From an uncultured Candidatus Saccharibacteria bacterium (GTDB lineage Bacteria; Patescibacteriota; Doudnabacteria; UBA920): a DNA stretch of 44,029 bases. The position numbers were made by a program, and so were the translations under genes. Under the pieces are notes generated by a model. That model was not told the DNA's origin, ran no database searches, and saw only the letters and a list, made by a program, of their open reading frames with translations. How positions within the stretch are numbered: position 1 is the stretch's first letter; every line of letters starts with the position of its first letter. Below are positions 28,301-35,293 of this stretch, piece after piece. The DNA lies in assembly GCA_964416765.1 (NCBI GenBank), contig CAYQEU010000002.1:144877-188905 (forward strand). Reading direction: 5' to 3'.

Positions 28301-29237
28301 TGGGGGCGCCGCTTCTGCTAAAGACATTACCCAGGGGTTGCCTCGTGTGGAAGAATTGTTTGAAGTCCGCGAACCAAAAGGACAGGCTACCGTTACTGAA
28401 ATTGATGGCCAGGTAGACATTGTGGTTCAGAACAACAAAGAACAGATTGTTCGCATCGAAGGACAGGGTGTGGAGAAAGATACTTACGATATTCCAGAAG
28501 GAGCGTCTTCGGTAATTCGCGATGGCGCCCACGTCGACGCAGGCGAAACCATTTATGTTGATGCGGACGGCAAGAACGTAAAGACTACCGCGGCTGGAAG
28601 CATCAAGGTTGATGGAAACAAGATTTTTGTTATCCATGAAAGCGATGAAATGCAGGAATACGTAATTTCCCCGAGCTTCTCCCTTTCCGTTAAAGATGGC
28701 GATTTGGTAACCAAGGGCCAGCCTCTGACCGACGGCAACCTTAATCCGGTAAAGATTATGGAATTGCAGGGCGCGCAAGAAGCCCAGAAGTATATTGTTA
28801 AGGAAGTCCAGGACATTTACGTTTCCCAGGGGCAAAATATCCACGACAAGCACGTTGAAGTTATCGTTCGTCAGATGTTCTCCAAGATGCGCATCACTGA
28901 CGCGGGCGATACTGACTTTATTGTCGGCGACATGGTCGACAAAGCAAAGCTCCAGGACATCAACGAAAAGCTGCAAGAAGAAAACCGCCAGCCAGCCAAA
29001 GCCGAACAACTGCTCATGGGTATCACTAAAGTATCCTTGAACACTGAAAGCTTCCTGGCCGCCGCTTCCTTCCAGGAAACGACCCGCGTGCTGATCGAAG
29101 CTGCCGTTACTGGCAAGACTGACTACCTGCGCGGTTTGAAAGAAAACGTCATTATCGGTAAGTTGATCCCGGCTGGTACCGGATTCGACTCCGAAGTGGC
29201 CAAAGAAGTCCTCGAAGAACAGGCCCTTCCATTATAA
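25362..29237 (+). CDS. rpoC: RNA polymerase beta' subunit
   Basis: CYCGKYK..CDKC zinc site, GKRVDYSGRS, NRAPTLHRLG, catalytic NADFDGD, GEPGTQLTMRTFH, SFLAAASFQET, GLKENVIIG. Confidence 0.99.
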   Translation: MFTQTEEFKGVKIKLASPETILEWSHGEVTKPETINYRTQRPEKDGLFDEKIFGPIKDWECYCGKYKRIRYKNIVCDKCGVEVTKSSVRRERMGHITLAVPVAHIWFLRSVPSRLGLILDLGMQEIERLVYFAAYIITSVDEESRLATMEQIEGEFKAKKKEIEGRYEMLIAKTRTEMQKAGAKKNEDVLGAEIDAEITRLKDMWQKELDVLENIRDQARSELKSLKKMQIISELQYRDLSLKYGPVFTAGIGAEALKGLLEEINLEELAQELTVTLQNTEGQAAKKILRRLKLVKSLINSGLRPEWMLISHLPVIPPDLRPMVQLDGGRFAASDLNDLYRRVINRNNRLKKLLEIKSPEVITRNEKRMLQEAVDALIDNSVRHGKEVTASTGQKRKLRSLADMLKGKQGRFRQNLLGKRVDYSGRSVIVVGPHLKLHQCGLPKQMALELFKPFVISKLIAREFAHNVRSANRLIEQGRTEVYDILEEVTKDHYVLLNRAPTLHRLGFQAFQPILIEGKAIQLHPMVCAAFNADFDGDQMAVHVPLTDAAQKEAREIMVSAHNLLKPASGDPVMTPDKDVVVGCFYITTVRDGLKGEGKVFSDAKEAVLAYNNGHIHIQAKIKVRMPDGELLETSVGRLIFNKIVPPELGYRNEAFDKKRLQALVSEAYRLFGNDKTAELIDEIKRTGFTYMKKSGLSWGMDDLQVPDTKHKLVEQAEEEVQTSYDQFREGLLTEEERSSRVIEIWTGVSEKIAKDVSGTVTEHSSVNYIFNSGARGSLSQITQMSGMKGLVVNPAGDVIELPVKSSFKEGLGVLEYFISTHGSRKGMSDTALRTADAGYLTRRLVDVAQDVVVNAEDCGTEDYDIITLADSEHMNKPFDRRLFGRVAAEDVKDAQGKTIVTKNQGIDDAQAKEIADAGITEVKCRSVMKCKLTRGICRLCYGYDLGFNKMVELGAAVGIVAAQAIGEPGTQLTMRTFHTGGAASAKDITQGLPRVEELFEVREPKGQATVTEIDGQVDIVVQNNKEQIVRIEGQGVEKDTYDIPEGASSVIRDGAHVDAGETIYVDADGKNVKTTAAGSIKVDGNKIFVIHESDEMQEYVISPSFSLSVKDGDLVTKGQPLTDGNLNPVKIMELQGAQEAQKYIVKEVQDIYVSQGQNIHDKHVEVIVRQMFSKMRITDAGDTDFIVGDMVDKAKLQDINEKLQEENRQPAKAEQLLMGITKVSLNTESFLAAASFQETTRVLIEAAVTGKTDYLRGLKENVIIGKLIPAGTGFDSEVAKEVLEEQALPL

Positions 29238-29246
29238 TCTGAATAG

Positions 29247-29276
29247 TAAAAAGCCCCTCAAATGAGGGGCTTTTTA
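29247..29276 (+). terminator. rpoBC terminator
   Basis: TAAAAAGCCCCTC-aaat-GAGGGGCTTTTTA, 13-bp perfect stem. Confidence 0.9.
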
Positions 29277-29364
29277 TTGACACGGGGATTTTTCTGTGGT
29301 TAAATACCTAGCCAAGCACCTGATCTTGGTGGTCGCCACGCCTCAAGTGGTTCAAGGAGGGCAT

Positions 29365-29469
29365 GTGACAAAAAGTCAAAAGGGCAGGATCCTAATGTGG
29401 GTCACAGTCATTGTCATTGGTGCCTTTGCACTAATTTGTTCTTGCGAAAAAGGAATATTTTTTCGCTAG
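29365..29469 (+). CDS. candidate 34-aa single-pass membrane microprotein (MTKSQKGRILMWVTVIVIGAFALICSCEKGIFFR), not in the ORF track
   Basis: GTG start 4 nt after AAGGAGG; TTGACA-17-TTAAAT upstream (29277-29305); basic N-terminus plus about 17 hydrophobic residues; fills an otherwise empty 260-bp gap. Confidence 0.45.
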   Translation: MTKSQKGRILMWVTVIVIGAFALICSCEKGIFFR

Positions 29470-29495
29470 GACTCTCCCAATTGTCATACATCGGA

Positions 29496-31022
29496 CTAGG
29501 CTCGCGCCTGGTCTTTTGTTTTTTCTATTGTGAAGTAAGAAATAACCGCGGCGACATAACACATGACCGCCATTATTACCATGGCCCAGCGGAACCCGTG
29601 GAGAAACGATTCCTTAACCGCCATTTGCGCCGCTTGGTGCTCGGTTTGGTTTAGCTCGGCGGGAATAGTCAGTCCGGACATTTTGTCTTTTTGTAGAAGG
29701 AGCTGCTGTTTGCCAGCTTCACTAATCGACGACCCTTGCACTTTATGTTCAAACTGGGTTTGGAACAGTGACAAAACCACCATCCCCATAATGGCTATAG
29801 CCATCAATCCCGCCACACGGGAAACGGCATTGTTGGCGCCGGAAGCGGCGCCAGAATAAGCTGGTGGCACCTTTAATGCTGACTTGGTTAAAGGCGCGAT
29901 CAGTGTTGCCATGCCGAGCCCGAATAGAATTTCAATTGGCAAGAAAGTCACCCAATAGTTGGCATGAGCTGATGGCAACGCCAGCAAGGCGAATGACGTG
30001 CCAACAATTAGGGGCGCCAGGATCATCATAGGACGCGCGCCATATTCATCGGCAAATTTACCGCCTAGACCGGAGAAGAAAGTAATAATCAGGATGTCCG
30101 GCAGAAGTGCTAAACCGGTGATGCTCGGGGAGTAGCCCTGTACTTGCTGGAAATTTAATGTGAGCAAAAAAATCATTCCTGCCAGGCCAAAGTAAACCAA
30201 CAAAGTAACTAGATTCGAGCCAAGTACTGTAGGCACGGAAAATATGTTTAATGGCAGGAGAGGGGACTTGCTTTTCTTTTGTACCAATCCAAAAGCAATT
30301 AGACTCAGTAAACCAGCTCCGACGGGGAGCCAAACCATGGTGTTGCTCCAACCCAGTCCCGGCGCTTTGATTAACCCATAGGTAAGCCCGGCAAGGCCAA
30401 GAATAATTAGCAGGGTATGGCTGAAATGGACATTCTCGGAACGCTGTTCCGTGTTGGCGGGAACAAACTGCCAACTGCAAAATAAGGCGATAAGGCCAAC
30501 CGGTACGTTGATAAGGAAGATGGAGGGCCAGCCAAAGTGCTGTACCAGGAAGCCTCCAGCCAGAGGTCCCATCGCGGAAATAGCGCCGCCCAAACCAGCC
30601 CAGATCCCAATGGCTTTACCCCGGCCACTTTCCCCGAAAGAGGTATTGATGATCGCCAGACTTTGCGGGATCATTAAGGCCGCGGCCGCCCCCTGAAGAA
30701 TTTGGAACGTCGCCAGTTGCCCCACATTTTGGGCGAGGCTGGAAGCGAGCGAGGTGCAGACAAAAAATACAATGCCAATGTTAAAGATGCGCTTTCTCCC
30801 AAAACGGTCACCTAATGACCCGCTAATTAACAGGAGCGATGCGAGGGACAGGCTGTACCCTGTCAGTATCCATTGCAGGCCTCCGACGGTGGCGCCGAAT
30901 TTTGCCTGGATTGTGGGTAAAGCAATGTTGGTGGTAGACGTGTCTAAAAACGCCAGCCCGCTGGCAAGAATTGTTGTCAGCAGAATCAGTCGTCCGGCAC
31001 TGGTTTTGGTTGAGTATTCCAT
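29496..31022 (-). CDS. MFS transporter, DHA2 (EmrB/QacA) family
   Basis: FLDTSTTNIALPTI, motif A GSLGDRFGRKR, WPSIFLINVPVG, about 14 TM segments. Confidence 0.93.
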   Translation of the reverse strand: MEYSTKTSAGRLILLTTILASGLAFLDTSTTNIALPTIQAKFGATVGGLQWILTGYSLSLASLLLISGSLGDRFGRKRIFNIGIVFFVCTSLASSLAQNVGQLATFQILQGAAAALMIPQSLAIINTSFGESGRGKAIGIWAGLGGAISAMGPLAGGFLVQHFGWPSIFLINVPVGLIALFCSWQFVPANTEQRSENVHFSHTLLIILGLAGLTYGLIKAPGLGWSNTMVWLPVGAGLLSLIAFGLVQKKSKSPLLPLNIFSVPTVLGSNLVTLLVYFGLAGMIFLLTLNFQQVQGYSPSITGLALLPDILIITFFSGLGGKFADEYGARPMMILAPLIVGTSFALLALPSAHANYWVTFLPIEILFGLGMATLIAPLTKSALKVPPAYSGAASGANNAVSRVAGLMAIAIMGMVVLSLFQTQFEHKVQGSSISEAGKQQLLLQKDKMSGLTIPAELNQTEHQAAQMAVKESFLHGFRWAMVIMAVMCYVAAVISYFTIEKTKDQARA

Positions 31023-31023
31023 T

Positions 31024-33186
31024 TTAGCCTACAGGCCAATTCTCAATAATGAGGTATTGGTGGGTTACTAATTTGTTTTGGTATAACTTCTGCCAAATTT
31101 CCTCGGTAATAAATGGCATGAAAGGGTGAAGAAGTTTTAGGGTGATAATGAGCTGGTGGAGCAGGATCTTTTTTGTGTTGTCAGCAAGCTTTTCGTCCTG
31201 CATTTGCCCCTTGCTTTTTTCAATATAGACATCAGCCAGTTCGTGCCAGGTAAACTGGTAAGCTTCCTGCGCTGCTTCATGCAGCCGGAACCCGTTCAGG
31301 TGCTCAGTTACAGCCCGCACAGTTCCGTTGAGTTTATCCAGAATATATTTATCATCTTCGGTTATCGCCTCAAATTGGTAGTCGCTTTGCTCCACATTGG
31401 ACATAATGAACCGAGCGATGTTCCAAAGCTTGTTTGCGAAATGTTTCATCCCCTTTATTTTTTCTTCGGCCAGAGGGATATCGTTGCCGGCCGCGGTGGA
31501 GAATACCAGAGCAAACCGCAGGGCGTCGGTGCCATATGTATCTATTACCCCGAGCGGGTCAACAACGTTGCCTTTGCTTTTGCTCATCTTTTGCCGGTCT
31601 TTGTCGCGAACCAGACCGTGGAGGAAAACGTTTTCAAACGGTGCTTTGCCGGTGCGGTAGTAGGACAGCATAACCATGCGGGCTACCCAGAAGAACAGAA
31701 TATCCCACCCCGTTTCCATTACGGAAGTAGGGAAGTAGGTGTCCATGTCCGAGCTTCCTTTGGCCATCAATGTCGCGTAAGGCCACTGCCCAGAAGAGAA
31801 CCAGGTATCGAAGGTGTCAGGGTCTTTTTCCAAATTAGCCCCGGCGCATCTAGGGCAAGCTGCGATGGTGTCGTCGGTATCCACTATAATTTCAAAACAA
31901 CCTTGGCAGTATTTAACGGGGATGGGGATGCCCCACCAAATCTGGCGAGAGATAGGCCAGTCACGAATATTGTCCATCCAGTGCATGAAAGTTTTTTCAA
32001 ACCTGTCCGAAAGGATTTTTACCTCGCCATTGTTGACCGCGCTAACCGCCATATCGCGCAGGGACGGCCGTCCGTCCGGCAGAGGTTTGGTCATCGCGAT
32101 ATACCATTGCGGGATAACGATTGGTTCAATAATAGTGTTGCATTTGTAGCACAGCTGGACATTGTGCTTGTAATTGTCTTCAGTTTTTACCAGGAGTCCC
32201 TTACTTTGCAGTTTCTCCACGATAGCCGGTCGGGCTTTTTTGATATGCATGCCAGCAAATTCCCCCGCGACCGGCAAAAGCTTGTCGTTCTTGTCGATGA
32301 TCTGTTCCATGTCCAATCCGTGGCGCTGGGCGATTTCAAAGTCAGTCGCGTCATGCCAGGGAGTAATGGTCATGGCGCCAGTACCGAATTCCATGTCTAT
32401 GGCCGCGTCCTTAATAATAGTGGCGGTAACGGGTCCATTAATCCATTCCAGTTCAATTTTTTGCCCGTCCTGGTATTCAGCGTATCGCTTGTCATCCGGA
32501 TGAACCACTACATATTTATCGCCGAACTTGGTTTCCGGCCGCGCCGTTCCAATAACGAAGGGGCCGTACTGCAGGTAATAAAATGGGTCTTCCCGCTCTT
32601 CGTATTTGGTTTCCAAATCAGACAGCGCGGTTTGGTGACGGGGACACCAGTTGCAGATGCGGTCGCCGCGGTAAACCAACCCGTCTTCATACATTTTGCG
32701 GAAAGTCTCATAAACTACTTTGACCACTTCCGGATCAAGCGTAAAGGTGTTGCGTGACCAGTCTGCTGACGCGCCCATCCTTTTAATCCCGTTTTCCGAA
32801 ATGTGCTTGTTGTTCTGCACGAAGTCCCAAACTTCTTTGTAGAAATCTTCGCGTTCCATGGTCAGGCGTGTCCGGTCTTCCTTTTCCAGTTTCTTTTCGA
32901 ATACCACCTGGGTTTCAAATCCCGCGTGATCGGTACCAGGGATCCACAGCGCGCGCTTTCCGTTCATGCGCTGGTATCGAATCAAAATATCCTCAATGGT
33001 CAGGCCCAAAGCATGGCCCACGTGCAAAGGCGCGTTCGCGTTTGGCGGCGGCATGACAATTGTGTAACTTTCCTTGTCTGCCGCGTCAGGCAAATTATCC
33101 GGGTTAAAGTATCCGGATTCTTCCCACATTTTGTAAATGCGGCTTTCTACGTCACTGGCGTTGTAGGATTTTTCTAGTTCTATCAT
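31024..33186 (-). CDS. valS: valine--tRNA ligase, 720-aa form without the C-terminal coiled coil
   Basis: MPPPNANAPLHVGHA, PGTDHAG, WPISRQIWWG, DPDTFDTWFSSG, KMSKSKGN, DALRFAL. Start taken at 33186 (MIELEKSY). Confidence 0.97.
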   Translation of the reverse strand: MIELEKSYNASDVESRIYKMWEESGYFNPDNLPDAADKESYTIVMPPPNANAPLHVGHALGLTIEDILIRYQRMNGKRALWIPGTDHAGFETQVVFEKKLEKEDRTRLTMEREDFYKEVWDFVQNNKHISENGIKRMGASADWSRNTFTLDPEVVKVVYETFRKMYEDGLVYRGDRICNWCPRHQTALSDLETKYEEREDPFYYLQYGPFVIGTARPETKFGDKYVVVHPDDKRYAEYQDGQKIELEWINGPVTATIIKDAAIDMEFGTGAMTITPWHDATDFEIAQRHGLDMEQIIDKNDKLLPVAGEFAGMHIKKARPAIVEKLQSKGLLVKTEDNYKHNVQLCYKCNTIIEPIVIPQWYIAMTKPLPDGRPSLRDMAVSAVNNGEVKILSDRFEKTFMHWMDNIRDWPISRQIWWGIPIPVKYCQGCFEIIVDTDDTIAACPRCAGANLEKDPDTFDTWFSSGQWPYATLMAKGSSDMDTYFPTSVMETGWDILFFWVARMVMLSYYRTGKAPFENVFLHGLVRDKDRQKMSKSKGNVVDPLGVIDTYGTDALRFALVFSTAAGNDIPLAEEKIKGMKHFANKLWNIARFIMSNVEQSDYQFEAITEDDKYILDKLNGTVRAVTEHLNGFRLHEAAQEAYQFTWHELADVYIEKSKGQMQDEKLADNTKKILLHQLIITLKLLHPFMPFITEEIWQKLYQNKLVTHQYLIIENWPVG

Positions 33187-33196
33187 AGTGTTGGTT

Positions 33197-33392
33197 AAAA
33201 ATAAAAACACCCAGAAAGAGTGTTCAAGAGCCCGCACTATATATAGCGGCGGACGGTACCATCTTGATTGCCGCCCAAGTACTTATGACGGCCTTAATTG
33301 TGCTGCTAACGGGCAGCCCCGGCGGGTTCTACTCTCGCTAAATTCCGGTGCGATTTCTTCCCGCGCCCCTGTGGTGACAGCCACAGGATCGG
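33197..33392 (-). ncRNA. T-box riboswitch (ultrashort Stem I, class II-like fold) with Val specifier GUC
   Basis: In order on the minus strand: Stem I CCUGUGG-cuGUCa-CCACAGG; Stem II with GAAGAA/AGUAGAA internal loop; Stem IIA GCUGC-CCGUUA-GCAGC; Stem III GCCGUC..GGCGGC; antiterminator UCAAGA-[UGGUACC]-GUCCGC...GCGGGC-UCUUGA; then a hairpin and U-tract, directly upstream of valS. Confidence 0.9.
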
Positions 33393-33406
33393 CTAAACTT
33401 GAGCGT

Positions 33407-33435
33407 ATTATATGCCAAAATAGCCCAAAAGTAAA
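33407..33435 (-). promoter_or_regulatory. sigma70 promoter of the T-box/valS leader
   Basis: Minus strand TTTACT (33435-30), 17 bp, TATAAT (33412-07), right after the tsaD stop codon. Confidence 0.75.
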
Positions 33436-33436
33436 G

Positions 33437-34489
33437 CTATCTAAGCTCCCACGCCGGATCAGCCTTAACCTTGTCCAAACGCGCTGGTTTTGCCCCGCCG
33501 CGCAGGTTAAAGTAAGCGGCTATGGCAATCATGGCCGCGTTGTCGGTACACAGCGCGAATGGCGGTACCGTGAAAGTCATTTTGTTTGCATTGGCATCCT
33601 TTTCCAGACGAGCGCGCAGTACACGGTTGGCGGCAACCCCTCCCGCCAGGGCAATTGTCTTGCATGCATACAACTTTGCCGCGCGCAAAGCTTTTTGTGC
33701 GAGCACGTCCACGGCCGCTTGTTCAAAAGAATGGGCGATATCGGCCTTAAGTTTGGGGGTCAGTCTTTTTTGCGCCTTAACATAGTTAGCCACTGCGGTT
33801 TTCAATCCGGAAAACGAGAAATTGTAATTCTTTTGGCTTAGCATGGGGCGTGGGAAATTTATGGACTCCGACCCTTGCAGAGCCAGTTTGCTAATCTCCG
33901 GCCCACCAGGATAGGGGAGTCCCAAAACGCGGGCAACTTTATCGAACGCTTCCCCAACCGCGTCGTCCACGGTATTCCCAATAACCTTAAAGTGGTAGTA
34001 GTCTTTCATGAGCAATAGCATGGTGTGGCCGCCGCTCACTACTACGGCCAAAGCAGGGAATTGTATTTTAGCGTCACCGCCAAAAGCGGAGTACAGGTGC
34101 CCGGCCATATGGTTGGTGGGAAGAAGGGGAACGCCGCTGGCGTAAGAAAGGCCTTTGGCGAATTCCACGCCCACGACCAAAGATACAACCAATCCGGGAC
34201 CGGAAGTAACGGCGATGTAATCCAAACCGTCCAGGCCAACATTCGCCTGTTCCAAAGCCAAGCTCACAGCGGGCATAATGTTTTGCAGATGGGCCCGTGC
34301 CGCTACTTCGGGAACCACTCCGCCGGTCTTCCGGTGTAGCGGTATCTGCGACTTCACCACCGAAGATTTTATGGTAAAATCGGGCTTAATTGAGCCTAAT
34401 TCACCTACTAAAACACTAGCCGCGGTTTCGTCGCAGCTAGTTTCGATTCCGAGTATTGTAACGGTTTCTCTGGATTTAGGTGTTGCCAT
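33437..34489 (-). CDS. tsaD: tRNA t6A transferase TsaD
   Basis: ILGIETSCDETAA, GGVVPEVAARAH, VTSGPGL, HMAGH, VSGGHT, DDAVGEAFDK, FSFSGLKTA, LAGGVAAN, CTDNAAMIA. Start taken at 34489 (MATPKSRE). Confidence 0.97.
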   Translation of the reverse strand: MATPKSRETVTILGIETSCDETAASVLVGELGSIKPDFTIKSSVVKSQIPLHRKTGGVVPEVAARAHLQNIMPAVSLALEQANVGLDGLDYIAVTSGPGLVVSLVVGVEFAKGLSYASGVPLLPTNHMAGHLYSAFGGDAKIQFPALAVVVSGGHTMLLLMKDYYHFKVIGNTVDDAVGEAFDKVARVLGLPYPGGPEISKLALQGSESINFPRPMLSQKNYNFSFSGLKTAVANYVKAQKRLTPKLKADIAHSFEQAAVDVLAQKALRAAKLYACKTIALAGGVAANRVLRARLEKDANANKMTFTVPPFALCTDNAAMIAIAAYFNLRGGAKPARLDKVKADPAWELR

Positions 34490-35174
34490 TTTGTCTTTCA
34501 GAATTTGATTCGTTAGTGATTTCCGCCTCACGGCGATCGGAGGCATCAGAATGATTCGGTACTGGATGACTTTTCTTTTCATCTTCTCCTTCCGCTTCTT
34601 CACGGTCATTCTTTCTCCGTTTCTTCATCCACCGCGCCAGAACCATTAAGAGTAGTGAAGCGAGCAACGCGGCCGTGGTCCCCAGCGCCGTAATTTTGGT
34701 TAAGTCACTAATCCTGTTCTCCACTTCACGCAATGAGCGCGCGACTAATACAAACCCTTTTTGCTGGCCGTTGTCGAACCGAACCACTACCGCTGCCTGT
34801 CTTACCCCTTCTTTTGGCTGCCAGGTAAAGCGGTTTTGCCCGGTTTTACGGGCGGCCTCAAACACACCGGTGGGAGGATCAACCGGCTTGCCATCAACTT
34901 TGGCGGAAGTCTGGATGGGCTTGCCACTGTCATCGTAAACCCCAATATTTAAAGAAAGGGTTTTATCTATATCCACGCTCAAGCTCTGGGGAACGAGGTT
35001 GGCAACCGGGAGACCTTTATTTAGGGCTGTTGCCGCGTCTTCTGCAATCTGGATTTGCTGGTCATTGGCGGACATGCGGTAGTTTTGCTGGACCGCGACG
35101 TACGCAGTACCACTTAAAATGATGATAGTTGCCGCCAGTGGCAACCATTTCCATAAGATTTTTTTGATGTGCAT
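34476..35174 (-). CDS. two-TM membrane protein with a Cache/PDC-like extracytoplasmic domain and no signalling output domain
   Basis: TM, about 130-aa external domain (IGVYDDSGKPIQTS...GFVLVARSLREVE), TM, then a charged low-complexity tail; no HAMP, HisKA or HATPase. Confidence 0.7.
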   Translation of the reverse strand: MHIKKILWKWLPLAATIIILSGTAYVAVQQNYRMSANDQQIQIAEDAATALNKGLPVANLVPQSLSVDIDKTLSLNIGVYDDSGKPIQTSAKVDGKPVDPPTGVFEAARKTGQNRFTWQPKEGVRQAAVVVRFDNGQQKGFVLVARSLREVENRISDLTKITALGTTAALLASLLLMVLARWMKKRRKNDREEAEGEDEKKSHPVPNHSDASDRREAEITNESNSERQNGNT

Positions 35175-35241
35175 AACTTTAGTAGATTAACTTTAATAAT
35201 CAAGGTAAACTGTAAGAGTTGTAGAGTAAGTATACACTTTC

Positions 35242-35270
35242 TAGACAGATAGCTGAAATTATGCTATAAT
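35242..35270 (+). promoter_or_regulatory. strong sigma70 promoter of the surface-protein cluster
   Basis: TAGACA (35242-47), 17 bp, TATAAT (35265-70), with an extended TG. Confidence 0.75.
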
Positions 35271-35293
35271 ATATGTACATTTAATTTTAGTAA

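Noticed and set aside
27795-29009. 404-aa, 297-aa (23204..24097) and other minus-strand ORFs opposite rpoC/rpoB
   Set aside because: Antisense shadows of highly biased genes; no independent signals
31156-32757. 533-aa plus-strand ORF, and other long ORFs opposite valS
   Set aside because: Entirely antisense to valS, no recognisable motifs; expected shadow of biased codon usage
33187-33237. ORF-track N-terminal extension of valS (and similar extensions of the DHH gene 97-129, ABC ATPase 8394-8420, tsaD 34490-34609, HTH 40885-40923, 10162-10236)
   Set aside because: These extensions overlap promoters, terminators, the riboswitch or upstream genes; downstream ATGs fit the family N-termini
33330-33334. 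GUA (also a Val codon) in the AGUA internal loop as an alternative T-box specifier
   Set aside because: AGUA/GAA is the conserved Stem II S-turn motif; the terminal-loop GUC occupies the position of the ileS AUC specifier
33188-33841. 217-aa plus-strand ORF spanning the valS leader
   Set aside because: Lies antisense to the T-box and tsaD, which explain the sequence fully
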